Part shown: piece by piece, positions 7,854 through 16,383 of the stretch
Position numbering within the stretch: the first letter of the stretch is position 1
Layout of the letters: each line of letters starts with the position of its first letter
Source: Anaerolineaceae bacterium
Lineage (GTDB): Bacteria > Chloroflexota > Anaerolineae > Anaerolineales > Anaerolineaceae
Direction: 5' to 3'
DNA length: 64,000 nt
NCBI GenBank assembly: GCA_963674975.1
Contig: OY771913.1
Location: forward strand, 2,315,484-2,379,483
The notes under the pieces: generated by a model
Database searches by the model: none
What the model saw: the letters and a program-made list of their open reading frames with translations, nothing else
Told to the model about the DNA's origin: nothing
Made by a program: the position numbers and the translations under genes

Positions 7854-9503
7854 ATGGAAAAAGTTTTCAGGATAATTCTTATTCTATTAATAAGTGCGTT
7901 TGTTTTCAGTTCATGCTCATCACAGGTGCAGTCTACCCCAGCTATCGAAGATCAAATTCAAGAAACAACTGCTCCTACCGCAGAACCGGTAAAAACCTAT
8001 TCTTTATGGGTGGCTCCTTATCTGCCGCAGGAAATTCAGGATCAGATATCCCTACCGCAGAATGTCATCCTGGCGGATGAGCAGGGTGAAGCCAATATCT
8101 GGCTGGATATCGGCAGCGACCAACCGATCAGCCAGTGGATCTATGTGCTGGCAGCGCCATTTCCAACGGTTGCAGATTCGATCACATTTCAAGAGGTGCT
8201 GCAGGTCTGGAATGGTCAGGCTCCTGCAGATTCCCCGCTGCAGAAAATACTGGTGGATGGAAAAACGAAAGCGGTTTTCGAAAAAGTATGGGGTACTCCA
8301 TCAGGTTCAACGGTTGTACTGACCAATGAGGAAGATTTATTAAATGATACCTGGGCTGAAGATGATGCCTGGGCGATCATTCCCTTTGACGCTCTTGAAC
8401 TGCGCTGGAAGGTGATAACCGTTAATGGCATATCTCCGCTGGATGATGATTTCAATGCCGGACAGTATGCCTTGAGCGTTACCTATTCATTACTGGGAAA
8501 AGCGGAAGACCTGCAGGCAGTGACCGCGTTGATCCAGACTTCAGGCAGCCCTCTGGCACCATCAACAAACCGGGATGAAAGTAAATTAACAACGGTGGAT
8601 ATGACCGGTGTTACCGCACTCGTTCGCGGTACGGCTTATATGATGGAAAAATACGGCATGACCTATCCGGCACTGGATATCGGTGATATTTTACGCAGTG
8701 CCGATATTCTGCATGTCAGCAACGAGATCCCCTTCACCGAAACGTGTCCCAATCCTTTTTATAACTCTGCGAATGATGAGAATCTGGTATTTTGCAGTAA
8801 GCCGGAATATATCAAGCTGCTGGAATCGATCGGAACCGATGTGGTGGAGCTGACCGGCGACCATTTCCGCGATTGGGGTGCGGATGCCATGCTGTATACC
8901 TTGAGCATGTATGAAGAACGCGGCTGGGAGTACTATGGGGGAGGGTACGATCTTGCGGATGGACAGGAACCGGCGCTTTTTGAGCATAACGGCAACAAGA
9001 TCGCGTTTGTAGGCTGCAACGCAAAACCGGAAGGGTATGCTACAGCAGATGAAGATTCTCCCGGTGCAGTGCATTGTGATCTGGATAAGATGTCGGAGCA
9101 GATCAAAGAACTGAATGACCAGGGCTACATCACGATCGTAACATTCCAGCATATCGAATATTATGCCTATACTGCCAGCCCATATCTTGTAGAAGATTTT
9201 CATAAAGTAGCCGAAGCGGGGGCAGCGATCGTCAGTGGAAGCCAGGCGCATCAACCGCACGCTTTTGAATTTTACAAAGGTGCTTTTTTACATTACGGTT
9301 TGGGAAATCTATTCTTTGACCAGTATAATGAAGGCACTGCTCAACGCCAGGCATTCATAGACCGTTATATTATCTACGATGGGCGGGTGATCAGCTCTGA
9401 TCTGATCACGATCGAATTCGTGGATATGGCAAGATCGCGTTTAATGACCGATGAAGAACGTCAGGAACTGCTCGAAACGGTTTTTGCAGCCAGCGGCTGG
9501 TAG
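7854..9503 (+). CDS. Lipoprotein with C-terminal CapA/PGA_cap-like metallophosphatase domain
   Basis: 549 aa. Signal peptide plus lipobox-like FSSC. The C-terminal half (GVTALVRGTA...ILHVSNEIPF...GDHFRDWG...FQHIEYY...SGSQAHQPH) resembles the CapA family. Confidence 0.6.
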   Translation: MEKVFRIILILLISAFVFSSCSSQVQSTPAIEDQIQETTAPTAEPVKTYSLWVAPYLPQEIQDQISLPQNVILADEQGEANIWLDIGSDQPISQWIYVLAAPFPTVADSITFQEVLQVWNGQAPADSPLQKILVDGKTKAVFEKVWGTPSGSTVVLTNEEDLLNDTWAEDDAWAIIPFDALELRWKVITVNGISPLDDDFNAGQYALSVTYSLLGKAEDLQAVTALIQTSGSPLAPSTNRDESKLTTVDMTGVTALVRGTAYMMEKYGMTYPALDIGDILRSADILHVSNEIPFTETCPNPFYNSANDENLVFCSKPEYIKLLESIGTDVVELTGDHFRDWGADAMLYTLSMYEERGWEYYGGGYDLADGQEPALFEHNGNKIAFVGCNAKPEGYATADEDSPGAVHCDLDKMSEQIKELNDQGYITIVTFQHIEYYAYTASPYLVEDFHKVAEAGAAIVSGSQAHQPHAFEFYKGAFLHYGLGNLFFDQYNEGTAQRQAFIDRYIIYDGRVISSDLITIEFVDMARSRLMTDEERQELLETVFAASGW

Positions 9504-9533
9504 ATATAAATTTATTGATTACAAGGAGAAAAA

Positions 9534-10088
9534 ATGGGCGTCTTACCGGATTTTAAAATAAGAGAATATGCGAAAAAACAGGCAATGATCGAACCTTTTG
9601 TGGATGGACAGGTTCGAGATGGCAAGATTTCCTATGGTCTTTCTTCTTACGGTTATGATATTCGCGTCGCGGACGAATTCAAGATCTTTACCAACGTTCA
9701 TACGACCGTGGTCGATCCGAAGAATTTTGATCTGCGTTCTATGGTCGATTTCAAGGGCGATGTTTGCATCATTCCCCCCAATTCATTTGCATTAGCCCGC
9801 ACGGTGGAATATTTTCATATTCCGCGCGGTGTGCTGACGATCTGCGTTGGAAAAAGTACCTATGCACGCTGCGGGATCATAGTGAATGTGACTCCCTTTG
9901 AACCAGAATGGGAAGGATATGCCACACTGGAAATATCCAATACCACGCCGCTGCCCGCCAAGATCTATGCCAATGAAGGCATTGCCCAGGTGCTGTTCCT
10001 GGAAGGGGACGGAGTATGTGAGACTTCTTACGCGGATAAAAAAGGAAAATATCAGGCGCAGCAGAGCATTGTGCTGCCCAAGCTATAA
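9534..10088 (+). CDS. dcd: dCTP deaminase
   Basis: 184 aa. [26 protein letters not shown] and [10 protein letters not shown] match the Dcd family. Confidence 0.9.
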   Translation: MGVLPDFKIREYAKKQAMIEPFVDGQVRDGKISYGLSSYGYDIRVADEFKIFTNVHTTVVDPKNFDLRSMVDFKGDVCIIPPNSFALARTVEYFHIPRGVLTICVGKSTYARCGIIVNVTPFEPEWEGYATLEISNTTPLPAKIYANEGIAQVLFLEGDGVCETSYADKKGKYQAQQSIVLPKL

Positions 10089-10100
10089 TAAAGTTCGCAG

Positions 10101-11183
10101 TTAGTAATACTGCATATGCATTGCTTTCCGGAGATCGCTGAGTGTTTTATCGGCGATCTCATTTGCTTTTAAATTCCCTTTTTTCAGAATATTCCAGATG
10201 AACGATTTTTCGTTCTTGTACTGCTCTCTTTGTTTTCTGATCGGGCGGAAATATTCGTTGACAGCTTCCGTTAATCTTGTTTTCAATACCGAAGCGCCCT
10301 GGTCGCCAATTTGATCTGCCAGTGTTCCGGGTGCAATATCGGTACACAGGGAATATAAGTGTAATAAATTGGCAACTTCCGGTCGGTTGACCGGATCGTA
10401 TATGATATTGATTTCCGAATCAGTTTTTGCGCGCTTAATGAGTTGGGCTGTCTCATCTTCGCTCATATACAGGTAAATTGCATTATGCAGGCTTTTTCCC
10501 ATTTTACGTCCATCCACTCCTAATAATATTGGGGCGCCTAATAAGAGTTCGGGTTCAGGGAAAAAACTGTCTCCATTGAAATATGCCTTATTCAAGCGTC
10601 GGGCGATCAGACGCGTCAACTCGATATGCGGTAATTGATCTTTCCCACCCGGGACGACATTGCCTTTACAGAATAGGATATCAGCCGCTTGATGGACGGG
10701 GTAGGTCATCATTAATCCACTTACTGATTTTGTTCCTGAAAGCTGTATCTCATCCTTTACCGTGGGGTTCCTCTGCAGTTCAGACATTGTGATAATGCTG
10801 AGGAAGGGAAGCATCAATTGATTGAGCGATGGGATCATGCTGTGACAAAAGATGGTCGTTTTTTCGGGATCAATACCAACTGCCAGATAATCGAGGATGA
10901 TCTCAAAGATGCTTTCTTTGAGCTTTTCTGTTGACATCCGGTCTGTGATCGCCTGATAATCTGCCAGAATAAGGAACATTTCAACTCCCCAGCTTTGAAG
11001 CAGCACCCTGCTTTTTAACGATCCAAAATAATGACCTATATGCATCGCTCCTGTGGTTCGTTCACCGGTTAGTATCCGAAACTTTTCCGGGCTTTTTTCA
11101 AGTTCATTCAATAAAGCAGGATTGCGCTTGATACATTTCTTCAAAGAAGCTGTTTCATTTGTGAAATCGAAAATATCTGTCAT
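10101..11183 (-). CDS. trpS: Tryptophan--tRNA ligase
   Basis: 360 aa class I aaRS. HIGH-type motif (GAMHIGHYFG), GGKDQLPHIELTRLIARRLN and KMGKS. Confidence 0.8.
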   Translation of the reverse strand: MTDIFDFTNETASLKKCIKRNPALLNELEKSPEKFRILTGERTTGAMHIGHYFGSLKSRVLLQSWGVEMFLILADYQAITDRMSTEKLKESIFEIILDYLAVGIDPEKTTIFCHSMIPSLNQLMLPFLSIITMSELQRNPTVKDEIQLSGTKSVSGLMMTYPVHQAADILFCKGNVVPGGKDQLPHIELTRLIARRLNKAYFNGDSFFPEPELLLGAPILLGVDGRKMGKSLHNAIYLYMSEDETAQLIKRAKTDSEINIIYDPVNRPEVANLLHLYSLCTDIAPGTLADQIGDQGASVLKTRLTEAVNEYFRPIRKQREQYKNEKSFIWNILKKGNLKANEIADKTLSDLRKAMHMQYY

Positions 11184-11268
11184 CTGAAATACGATCCCCT
11201 TGAATATTAATTTTTATTGAAAGTATTATAGGATTAATTTTATAAAAATGCGTTTTCTTTTATTTTTA

Positions 11269-11297
11269 TTGACTGAACAACATGATTAGTATATACT
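11269..11297 (+). promoter_or_regulatory. Predicted feoAB promoter (TTGACT-17-TATACT)
   Basis: -35 at 11269-11274 and -10 at 11292-11297. The feoA ATG (11304) begins 7 nt after the -10, and no Shine-Dalgarno sequence is visible. This is consistent with a leaderless mRNA. Confidence 0.45.
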
Positions 11298-11301
11298 AAT
11301 C
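11284..11301. promoter_or_regulatory. Perfect 18 bp palindrome GATTAGTATATACTAATC overlapping the feoA -10; candidate metalloregulator operator
   Basis: The sequence equals its own reverse complement. Its position over the -10 and start site of an iron-uptake operon is typical of a repressor operator. Confidence 0.45.
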
Positions 11302-11303
11302 GG

Positions 11304-11531
11304 ATGACTTTATTAAATATAAAAAGCAATACATGGGTCAGAATTATTGGTTACCGCGGTGGATGGAAAATGCAGAGATATTTTATGCAGATCGGTTTTT
11401 TGCCAGGTAATACCGCTCGAGTGATTCGAACAGCCCCTTTTCATGGTCCATTATTGGTAGAGGTAGATGGTCGTGAAATTGTTCTTGGTAGAAACGTTGC
11501 GCGCCATGTTCTGGTCGAGGAGATCGAATGA
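11304..11531 (+). CDS. feoA: Ferrous iron transport protein A
   Basis: 75 aa FeoA/SH3-like (GFLPGNTARVIRTAPFHGPLLVEVDGREIVLGRNVA). The stop overlaps the feoB start (ATGA). Confidence 0.85.
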   Translation: MTLLNIKSNTWVRIIGYRGGWKMQRYFMQIGFLPGNTARVIRTAPFHGPLLVEVDGREIVLGRNVARHVLVEEIE

Positions 11532-13441
11532 GATTTGCACTGGTAGGACAGCCGAATTGCGGCAAGAGTACTCTTTTCAACCAGGTGGCTGGCTACAAAG
11601 CAGCCACCGGAAATTTTTCTGGGACAACAGTTACATTTACAGGGACGAAAGTCCATGTGCAGGGAAATGTAGTTGAGCTGGTTGATCTTCCGGGCACATA
11701 TTCCCTGCTGGGAACAAATCCGGCAGAGCGGGTGGTTCTCGATTACCTGGTAGGTAATAATGTAGATGCGATCATTAATGTGGTCGATGCTACCCACCTG
11801 GCTCAAGGACTGGCGCTTACCCTGGAATTATTGGAGTTAAAACGTCCGGTGGTTCTGGCAGTCAATATGATGGATGAGGCAGCCAGGCAGGGGATCCATA
11901 TCGATGGTGAGAAACTGGGAGAAATCCTGAAAATCCCTGTTTTACCCATCATAGCGACCAAGGGGCAGGGTGTACGCAGGGTATTCTCGACTGCTTATGA
12001 GAATGGGAAAAATAACCAAGATGCTCAGAGGCAGAAGTATTCACCCGAATTGGAAGAGCAGATCCGGCGTATTCAAGGCTTGGTAAATTCCGTTCGATTA
12101 CCCATTGGCAGTGAAGCGCTGGCATTGAAACTGCTGGAAGGTGACCCGCCGCTTACCGAGCAAGTCAGTCACAAAATTCCGAATATCGAAAGTGAAGTTC
12201 AAAAAGCGGTCGATAAGCTTTGCCATATTACCGGGCGGCAAGCGATCTGGCTGGTCAGTAAAGAACGCCATGACCTGGCTTTGTCTATTTTTGAGCAGGT
12301 TTATAAAAAAACCGGAAAGAAACGCTTGCTGCGTGAACGATTGGATGATTACCTTCTGCATCCTTTTTGGGGCTATATCTTTTTGGTTGGTATCCTCTTC
12401 CTTTTCTTCTGGATCGTGAACAAAATTGGCGGGGTGATCGAAGCTCCGTTGAATCAGCTGTCGAATTATTTAGACGCTGAATTAATGAATTCTCTTGCAG
12501 ACAAAGGGCTGCTGGCACAGATCTTATCAGGAGCCTTGCAGGGTTTTATGGGTGGTTTGGCAATTGCACTGCCCTACCTGGTGCCGTTTTTGATCGGGTT
12601 AGGTTTTCTTGAGGATGTGGGATATTTACCACGTGTTGCTTTCCTGATGGATACACTCATGCACCACATGGGGCTGCATGGAAAAGCAGTGGTACCCTTC
12701 ATTTTAGGTTATGGATGTAATGTATCTTCGATCATGTCAACCCGCATCATGGAAGATAAGCGGGACCGCTACCTCTCTTCACTGCTTTCCAGCATGGTAC
12801 CATGTTCTGCTCGTATGGCAATTATTTTTGGGCTGGTCGCTTTTTATTTGGGTCCAGTTTATGGAATAGGATTATATATTTTAAATATCGTGGTGATCGC
12901 ACTTACCGGTCACATTATTTCCCATTTTATTCCTGAAGAATCGCCCGGCTTGATCCTTGAAATGCCGGTTTATCGTATTCCAACCCTGAGAACGGTAACA
13001 GCGAAAGCCTGGCTGCGAATTCGTGAGTTCATCGTGGATGCCTGGCCTATCCTCATTGTGGGCAGTGTCATTCTGGCTGTTATGAATTTTTACAATCTTG
13101 CAGATATCACCGATTCGATTTTCAGACCGATCACCTGGCTGTTAGGATTACCTTCACAGGTTGGCACACCGCTTATTTTTGGTATCTTGCGTAAAGAATT
13201 GTCTTTGATCATGCTGGGTCAGGCGCTGGGAAGCATGGAATTCAACAGCGTATTAACCAGCACTCAAATGCTGACTTACACTGTTTTTGTTATTTTCTAT
13301 ATTCCCTGTCTGGCAACGCTGATCGCCATTCGCAAAGAGCTTGGAACGAAAGCCATGCTATCCATTACAGGAATTACCCTGCTTGTTGCGGTTATCACGG
13401 CTTTCTTGACACACCTGATCGCGACGCCGCTGCTGGGCTAG
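11528..13441 (+). CDS. feoB: Ferrous iron transport protein B
   Basis: 637 aa. N-terminal G domain (GQPNCGKSTLFN, DLPGTYSL, NMMD) followed by a polytopic membrane domain. Confidence 0.95.
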   Translation: MRFALVGQPNCGKSTLFNQVAGYKAATGNFSGTTVTFTGTKVHVQGNVVELVDLPGTYSLLGTNPAERVVLDYLVGNNVDAIINVVDATHLAQGLALTLELLELKRPVVLAVNMMDEAARQGIHIDGEKLGEILKIPVLPIIATKGQGVRRVFSTAYENGKNNQDAQRQKYSPELEEQIRRIQGLVNSVRLPIGSEALALKLLEGDPPLTEQVSHKIPNIESEVQKAVDKLCHITGRQAIWLVSKERHDLALSIFEQVYKKTGKKRLLRERLDDYLLHPFWGYIFLVGILFLFFWIVNKIGGVIEAPLNQLSNYLDAELMNSLADKGLLAQILSGALQGFMGGLAIALPYLVPFLIGLGFLEDVGYLPRVAFLMDTLMHHMGLHGKAVVPFILGYGCNVSSIMSTRIMEDKRDRYLSSLLSSMVPCSARMAIIFGLVAFYLGPVYGIGLYILNIVVIALTGHIISHFIPEESPGLILEMPVYRIPTLRTVTAKAWLRIREFIVDAWPILIVGSVILAVMNFYNLADITDSIFRPITWLLGLPSQVGTPLIFGILRKELSLIMLGQALGSMEFNSVLTSTQMLTYTVFVIFYIPCLATLIAIRKELGTKAMLSITGITLLVAVITAFLTHLIATPLLG

Positions 13442-13533
13442 AAAACAAGGCTACGGAAAGCAAATACCAGGGTTAGAAGAATTGCTAACAAACTGACGAT
13501 ATATACAAAACTTTTTGCCTGTTTATACTGCAT
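13438..13533 (-). CDS. Candidate 31-aa single-TM micro-protein downstream of the NOX-like gene
   Basis: My translation: MQYKQAKSFVYIVSLLAILLTLVFAFRSLVF*. A GAGG lies 5 nt upstream of the ATG. The ORF starts 12 nt after the upstream stop, and its own stop overlaps the convergent feoB stop. It is too short for the ORF track, and the call is speculative. Confidence 0.25.
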   Translation of the reverse strand: MQYKQAKSFVYIVSLLAILLTLVFAFRSLVF

Positions 13534-13545
13534 CGATACCTCATA

Positions 13546-14886
13546 TCAAACAAGATTGAACAGTTCATAGTGGATCTGTTTTTGATCGAAGCTAAGATTC
13601 ATGCACTGCTTGATCACAATGTCCATCATGACCTGTGGACCGCACAGGAAAATTTCTGTGTTCTCCTGGAACCAGGACTTCGATAAATACTTCTTCAGGA
13701 TCGATTCTGTCAAGTAGCCAGTTTCCCCATCCCATTTTTGTGGCGGTTTTTCCAGGGTGTGGATGATCTGTATATCCAGCTTCTTTTCAAGTACAGCAAT
13801 TTCCTCTCGATAGGTTACCGAATCCCAGTCGCGGTTGTTGTAGAAAAGTTTTACTGGGCGTTTGTCATCGCGATCTGCCATACTGCGCAGCATGCTCATG
13901 ATGGGAGTAATGCCGATGCCTCCGGCAATAAAGACAAAATTCTTCGCTTCAGGATATCGATCAATGGTGAATGATCCATGCGGACCATCCACATAAACAT
14001 CCTGTCCCGGCTGCATATCCTTTATTGTGGAAGTGAATTTTCCCAGATCTTTGATGGTGAAGGAAATCTCTTCAGGATGCTCCGAACTGGAGGAAATGGA
14101 GAATGGATGTTCGGTATCTGAGAAGGGTGTTTTCCAGATAGTGAGCCAGGCAAACTGCCCGGGTTTGAAATGGAAAAATTTCTTTGTGGTGGGCTGCAGC
14201 GTAATTGTCCAGCTTGCGCCCCTTTCTTCTTTGACTGTTTTTACACGGTACTTATTGTGTATCAATTTCAAAGGATACAGGATGCGGGTATAAATAAGCA
14301 GAAGCAGCCAGGCTGCGGTATAACCAAGCCAGATCGCTTTTACTGCCGGGTAAGCGAGATAGCGGGAACTGCCGATCAGGAAAACATGCAGTAAGGCTAG
14401 CGCAACCACCAGGGTGGTAAGAATACCGTGCCAAATTTTCCAGAATGTATAGGGAATTTTAAATTTCTTCCTGTACTCTGCAGAGATCACCACTGCAATT
14501 AGAAAGATCACTGCCGATACTCCGAACTTTGAAGCCAGCGGAGATTGGAAGATATTTAGTAAGTATAAGTAGCGCTTATCAATGATAAAGAGTGTGATCG
14601 GGTGGGTAAGAATGAAAAGAAAAGCTGCAATAGAAACCTGTCTGTGGAAATGATAGATAACATCGCTGCCGAAAGGTTCTTTTAATGGTTTGATGCGAGC
14701 GGTCAGGGCAAATTGAACTGCCATCAAAGCCAATCCAATAAATCCCAACGCTACTGAAAAATCCAGCCACGGATTGCGGTTTGGAGATGGCTCAGTACCG
14801 CCGATCAGAATACCGATGGGGCTGAAGACCAGAAGAAGGAACAGCAGTATCCAAAGGGTGCGTTTCCATTTTCCTGTGTTTATCAT
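13546..14886 (-). CDS. Ferric-reductase-domain flavocytochrome (bacterial NOX/FRE-like: 6-TM heme domain + FAD + NAD(P)H domains)
   Basis: TM region with paired His (YHFHRQ, LTHP, WHG, LLHVF). HPFSISS FAD motif, FIAGGIGITP NAD motif, and CGP near the C-terminus. I chose the start at 14886 (MINTGKWK) because GGAGG lies 7 nt upstream. The track ORF extends to 14940. Confidence 0.8.
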   Translation of the reverse strand: MINTGKWKRTLWILLFLLLVFSPIGILIGGTEPSPNRNPWLDFSVALGFIGLALMAVQFALTARIKPLKEPFGSDVIYHFHRQVSIAAFLFILTHPITLFIIDKRYLYLLNIFQSPLASKFGVSAVIFLIAVVISAEYRKKFKIPYTFWKIWHGILTTLVVALALLHVFLIGSSRYLAYPAVKAIWLGYTAAWLLLLIYTRILYPLKLIHNKYRVKTVKEERGASWTITLQPTTKKFFHFKPGQFAWLTIWKTPFSDTEHPFSISSSSEHPEEISFTIKDLGKFTSTIKDMQPGQDVYVDGPHGSFTIDRYPEAKNFVFIAGGIGITPIMSMLRSMADRDDKRPVKLFYNNRDWDSVTYREEIAVLEKKLDIQIIHTLEKPPQKWDGETGYLTESILKKYLSKSWFQENTEIFLCGPQVMMDIVIKQCMNLSFDQKQIHYELFNLV

Positions 14887-14977
14887 TGAAAACCTCCTGA
14901 AATATATCTTTTTCTTTATAATACGATACCGTATTTTCATCGAAATTATAAAAGGATTATGGCTTCTAATAAAATGT

Positions 14978-15913
14978 CTATGTTTTTAGTTTCGTTTTTA
15001 GGAATTCTTCTGCTTCTGTATAATATTTGAATTTTTTTTCCAGCCGCTTGAATTGGGAGGTATGTGCCATCCGGTAAGAATTTCCTTCTTTAAGCCCCAA
15101 TTTTTTATGCAGCATTTCATGGTACATCACGTATTCCACCACATAGGGCGGAATTGATTTCTGATCGAGAAAACAGCTTAATGTGATCGCATCCGTGTCT
15201 GGATGATAGTATCCCAACCGGCGGACTGCTCTCCGACCGCTCCAGCGCAAATGAGGCTGCTCCAGTTTTCCTTGAAAGTATTCCATATTGACTTTTCTAA
15301 AAAGCTGATGCAGATCATAAACGTTCCCCTGTGTGGAGCGGCTGGATTGGGTGGAGTGTGCAGACTGCTGCCAGATTAAAGCCGTCACTTTTTTATACTG
15401 CGATGAGCGGCTTATCTTTCGCAATTGGTTCATATTTTCCTTCTTTGAGTTCAAGCAGCAATCGACCAGTATTTTAACAGTATGCGCATCTGCCTCTAGA
15501 AAACCTTCCCCCATTGTTACAATCAAAGCGTACCGCTGCACTTTGCATTGAAAAACAAAGGAACTGTTGTACATTCTTACAGAGATCGATCTCTTTGTTC
15601 TACTTCCCCATTCATCAAGGAAACGGGTGACGAAAGAAAGGTGCGATTCAAAATGCTCTGCTTTACTGAGAAAGGACAGCCATAGATATGCTCGATATGC
15701 CCTGTCGCTAAGGTCCGCCGGCTGGCATGCTCGTTTCTTACAGAGTGCAGTGATATTTTGTTCCTTTGACCGGATATCTTGATAAAGCTTTTCTTTATCA
15801 CTGAGCGAGATCTTTCCCTCTTGGATCATTCTTTCGGCAATGACCTGAAAGCGATTTTGAAAATCTTCGATGATGGAAGTGAAATTCCTAAGGCTGATTG
15901 TTTTTTGCGGCAT
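14978..15913 (-). CDS. YgjP/SprT-like (DUF45) zinc metallopeptidase domain protein
   Basis: C-terminal ITLSCFLDQKSIPPYVVEYVMYHEMLHKKL...AHTSQFKRLEKKF contains HExxH followed by H..F. The start is uncertain: the track ORF runs to 16084, but that extension crosses the AT-rich divergent promoter region. I prefer MPQKTISL at 15913. Confidence 0.55.
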   Translation of the reverse strand: MPQKTISLRNFTSIIEDFQNRFQVIAERMIQEGKISLSDKEKLYQDIRSKEQNITALCKKRACQPADLSDRAYRAYLWLSFLSKAEHFESHLSFVTRFLDEWGSRTKRSISVRMYNSSFVFQCKVQRYALIVTMGEGFLEADAHTVKILVDCCLNSKKENMNQLRKISRSSQYKKVTALIWQQSAHSTQSSRSTQGNVYDLHQLFRKVNMEYFQGKLEQPHLRWSGRRAVRRLGYYHPDTDAITLSCFLDQKSIPPYVVEYVMYHEMLHKKLGLKEGNSYRMAHTSQFKRLEKKFKYYTEAEEFLKTKLKT

Positions 15914-16105
15914 GATGCTTATTCTTTTCCAATCCGATGATACCAGCAGTTTTGCTGATTTTAATGGGTATTTTTTGAAAAAATAAAGCAATTTTTTGAA
16001 AATTTTCCATCTTTTCATTTCAAATAAAAGGGTGTAATATTGCCCGCAATAAATCCATTGACAAATGGATAAAAACATATTCATCTAAAAGGAGAGAATA
16101 ACAAG

Positions 16106-16294
16106 ATGAAGACGGCAGTATGCCCGGATTGCGGTAGTGACGTTAACGTAGGTTCACAACCGCGCATTGGTAAGCAGGTTGTATGTGATTCCTGCGGTGC
16201 TGAACTCGAAGTGGTCTGGTTGGACCCGATCGAGTTAGATTACCCAATGATGGATATTGAAGATTATGAGGACTTTTCAGAGGAAGAAAGATAA
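16106..16294 (+). CDS. LysW-like zinc-ribbon protein with acidic tail (amino-group carrier protein family)
   Basis: 62 aa: CPDCG...(17)...CDSCGAELEVVWLDPIELDYP...DIEDYEDFSEEER. The pattern matches LysW (CxxCG..CxxCGAELEV..LDP..acidic tail). GGAGA lies 10 nt upstream and a strong terminator follows. Confidence 0.65.
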   Translation: MKTAVCPDCGSDVNVGSQPRIGKQVVCDSCGAELEVVWLDPIELDYPMMDIEDYEDFSEEER

Positions 16295-16325
16295 AAAAAA
16301 GTAATTTAACGAATTATTCAAAAAA

Positions 16326-16356
16326 AAGGCATTGGTCTTTGATCAATGCCTTTTTT
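16326..16356 (+). terminator. Intrinsic terminator after the lysW-like gene
   Basis: AAGGCATTG-gtctttgat-CAATGCCTT followed by TTTT. Confidence 0.75.
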
Positions 16357-16383
16357 CAATGTTAGAATGAATTTCTTGAATTA

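Noticed and set aside
14978-16084. N-terminal extensions of several track ORFs (14978..16084, 13546..14940, 43453..44904, 19796..20407, 32668..33267, 39069..39575, 39868..40404, 44858..45340, 19022..19780)
   Set aside because: The extensions run through AT-rich promoter regions, overlap neighbouring genes or regulatory elements, or use TTG starts without an SD. Internal ATG codons with good SD sequences, signal peptides or domain starts were preferred, and the starts remain predictions.
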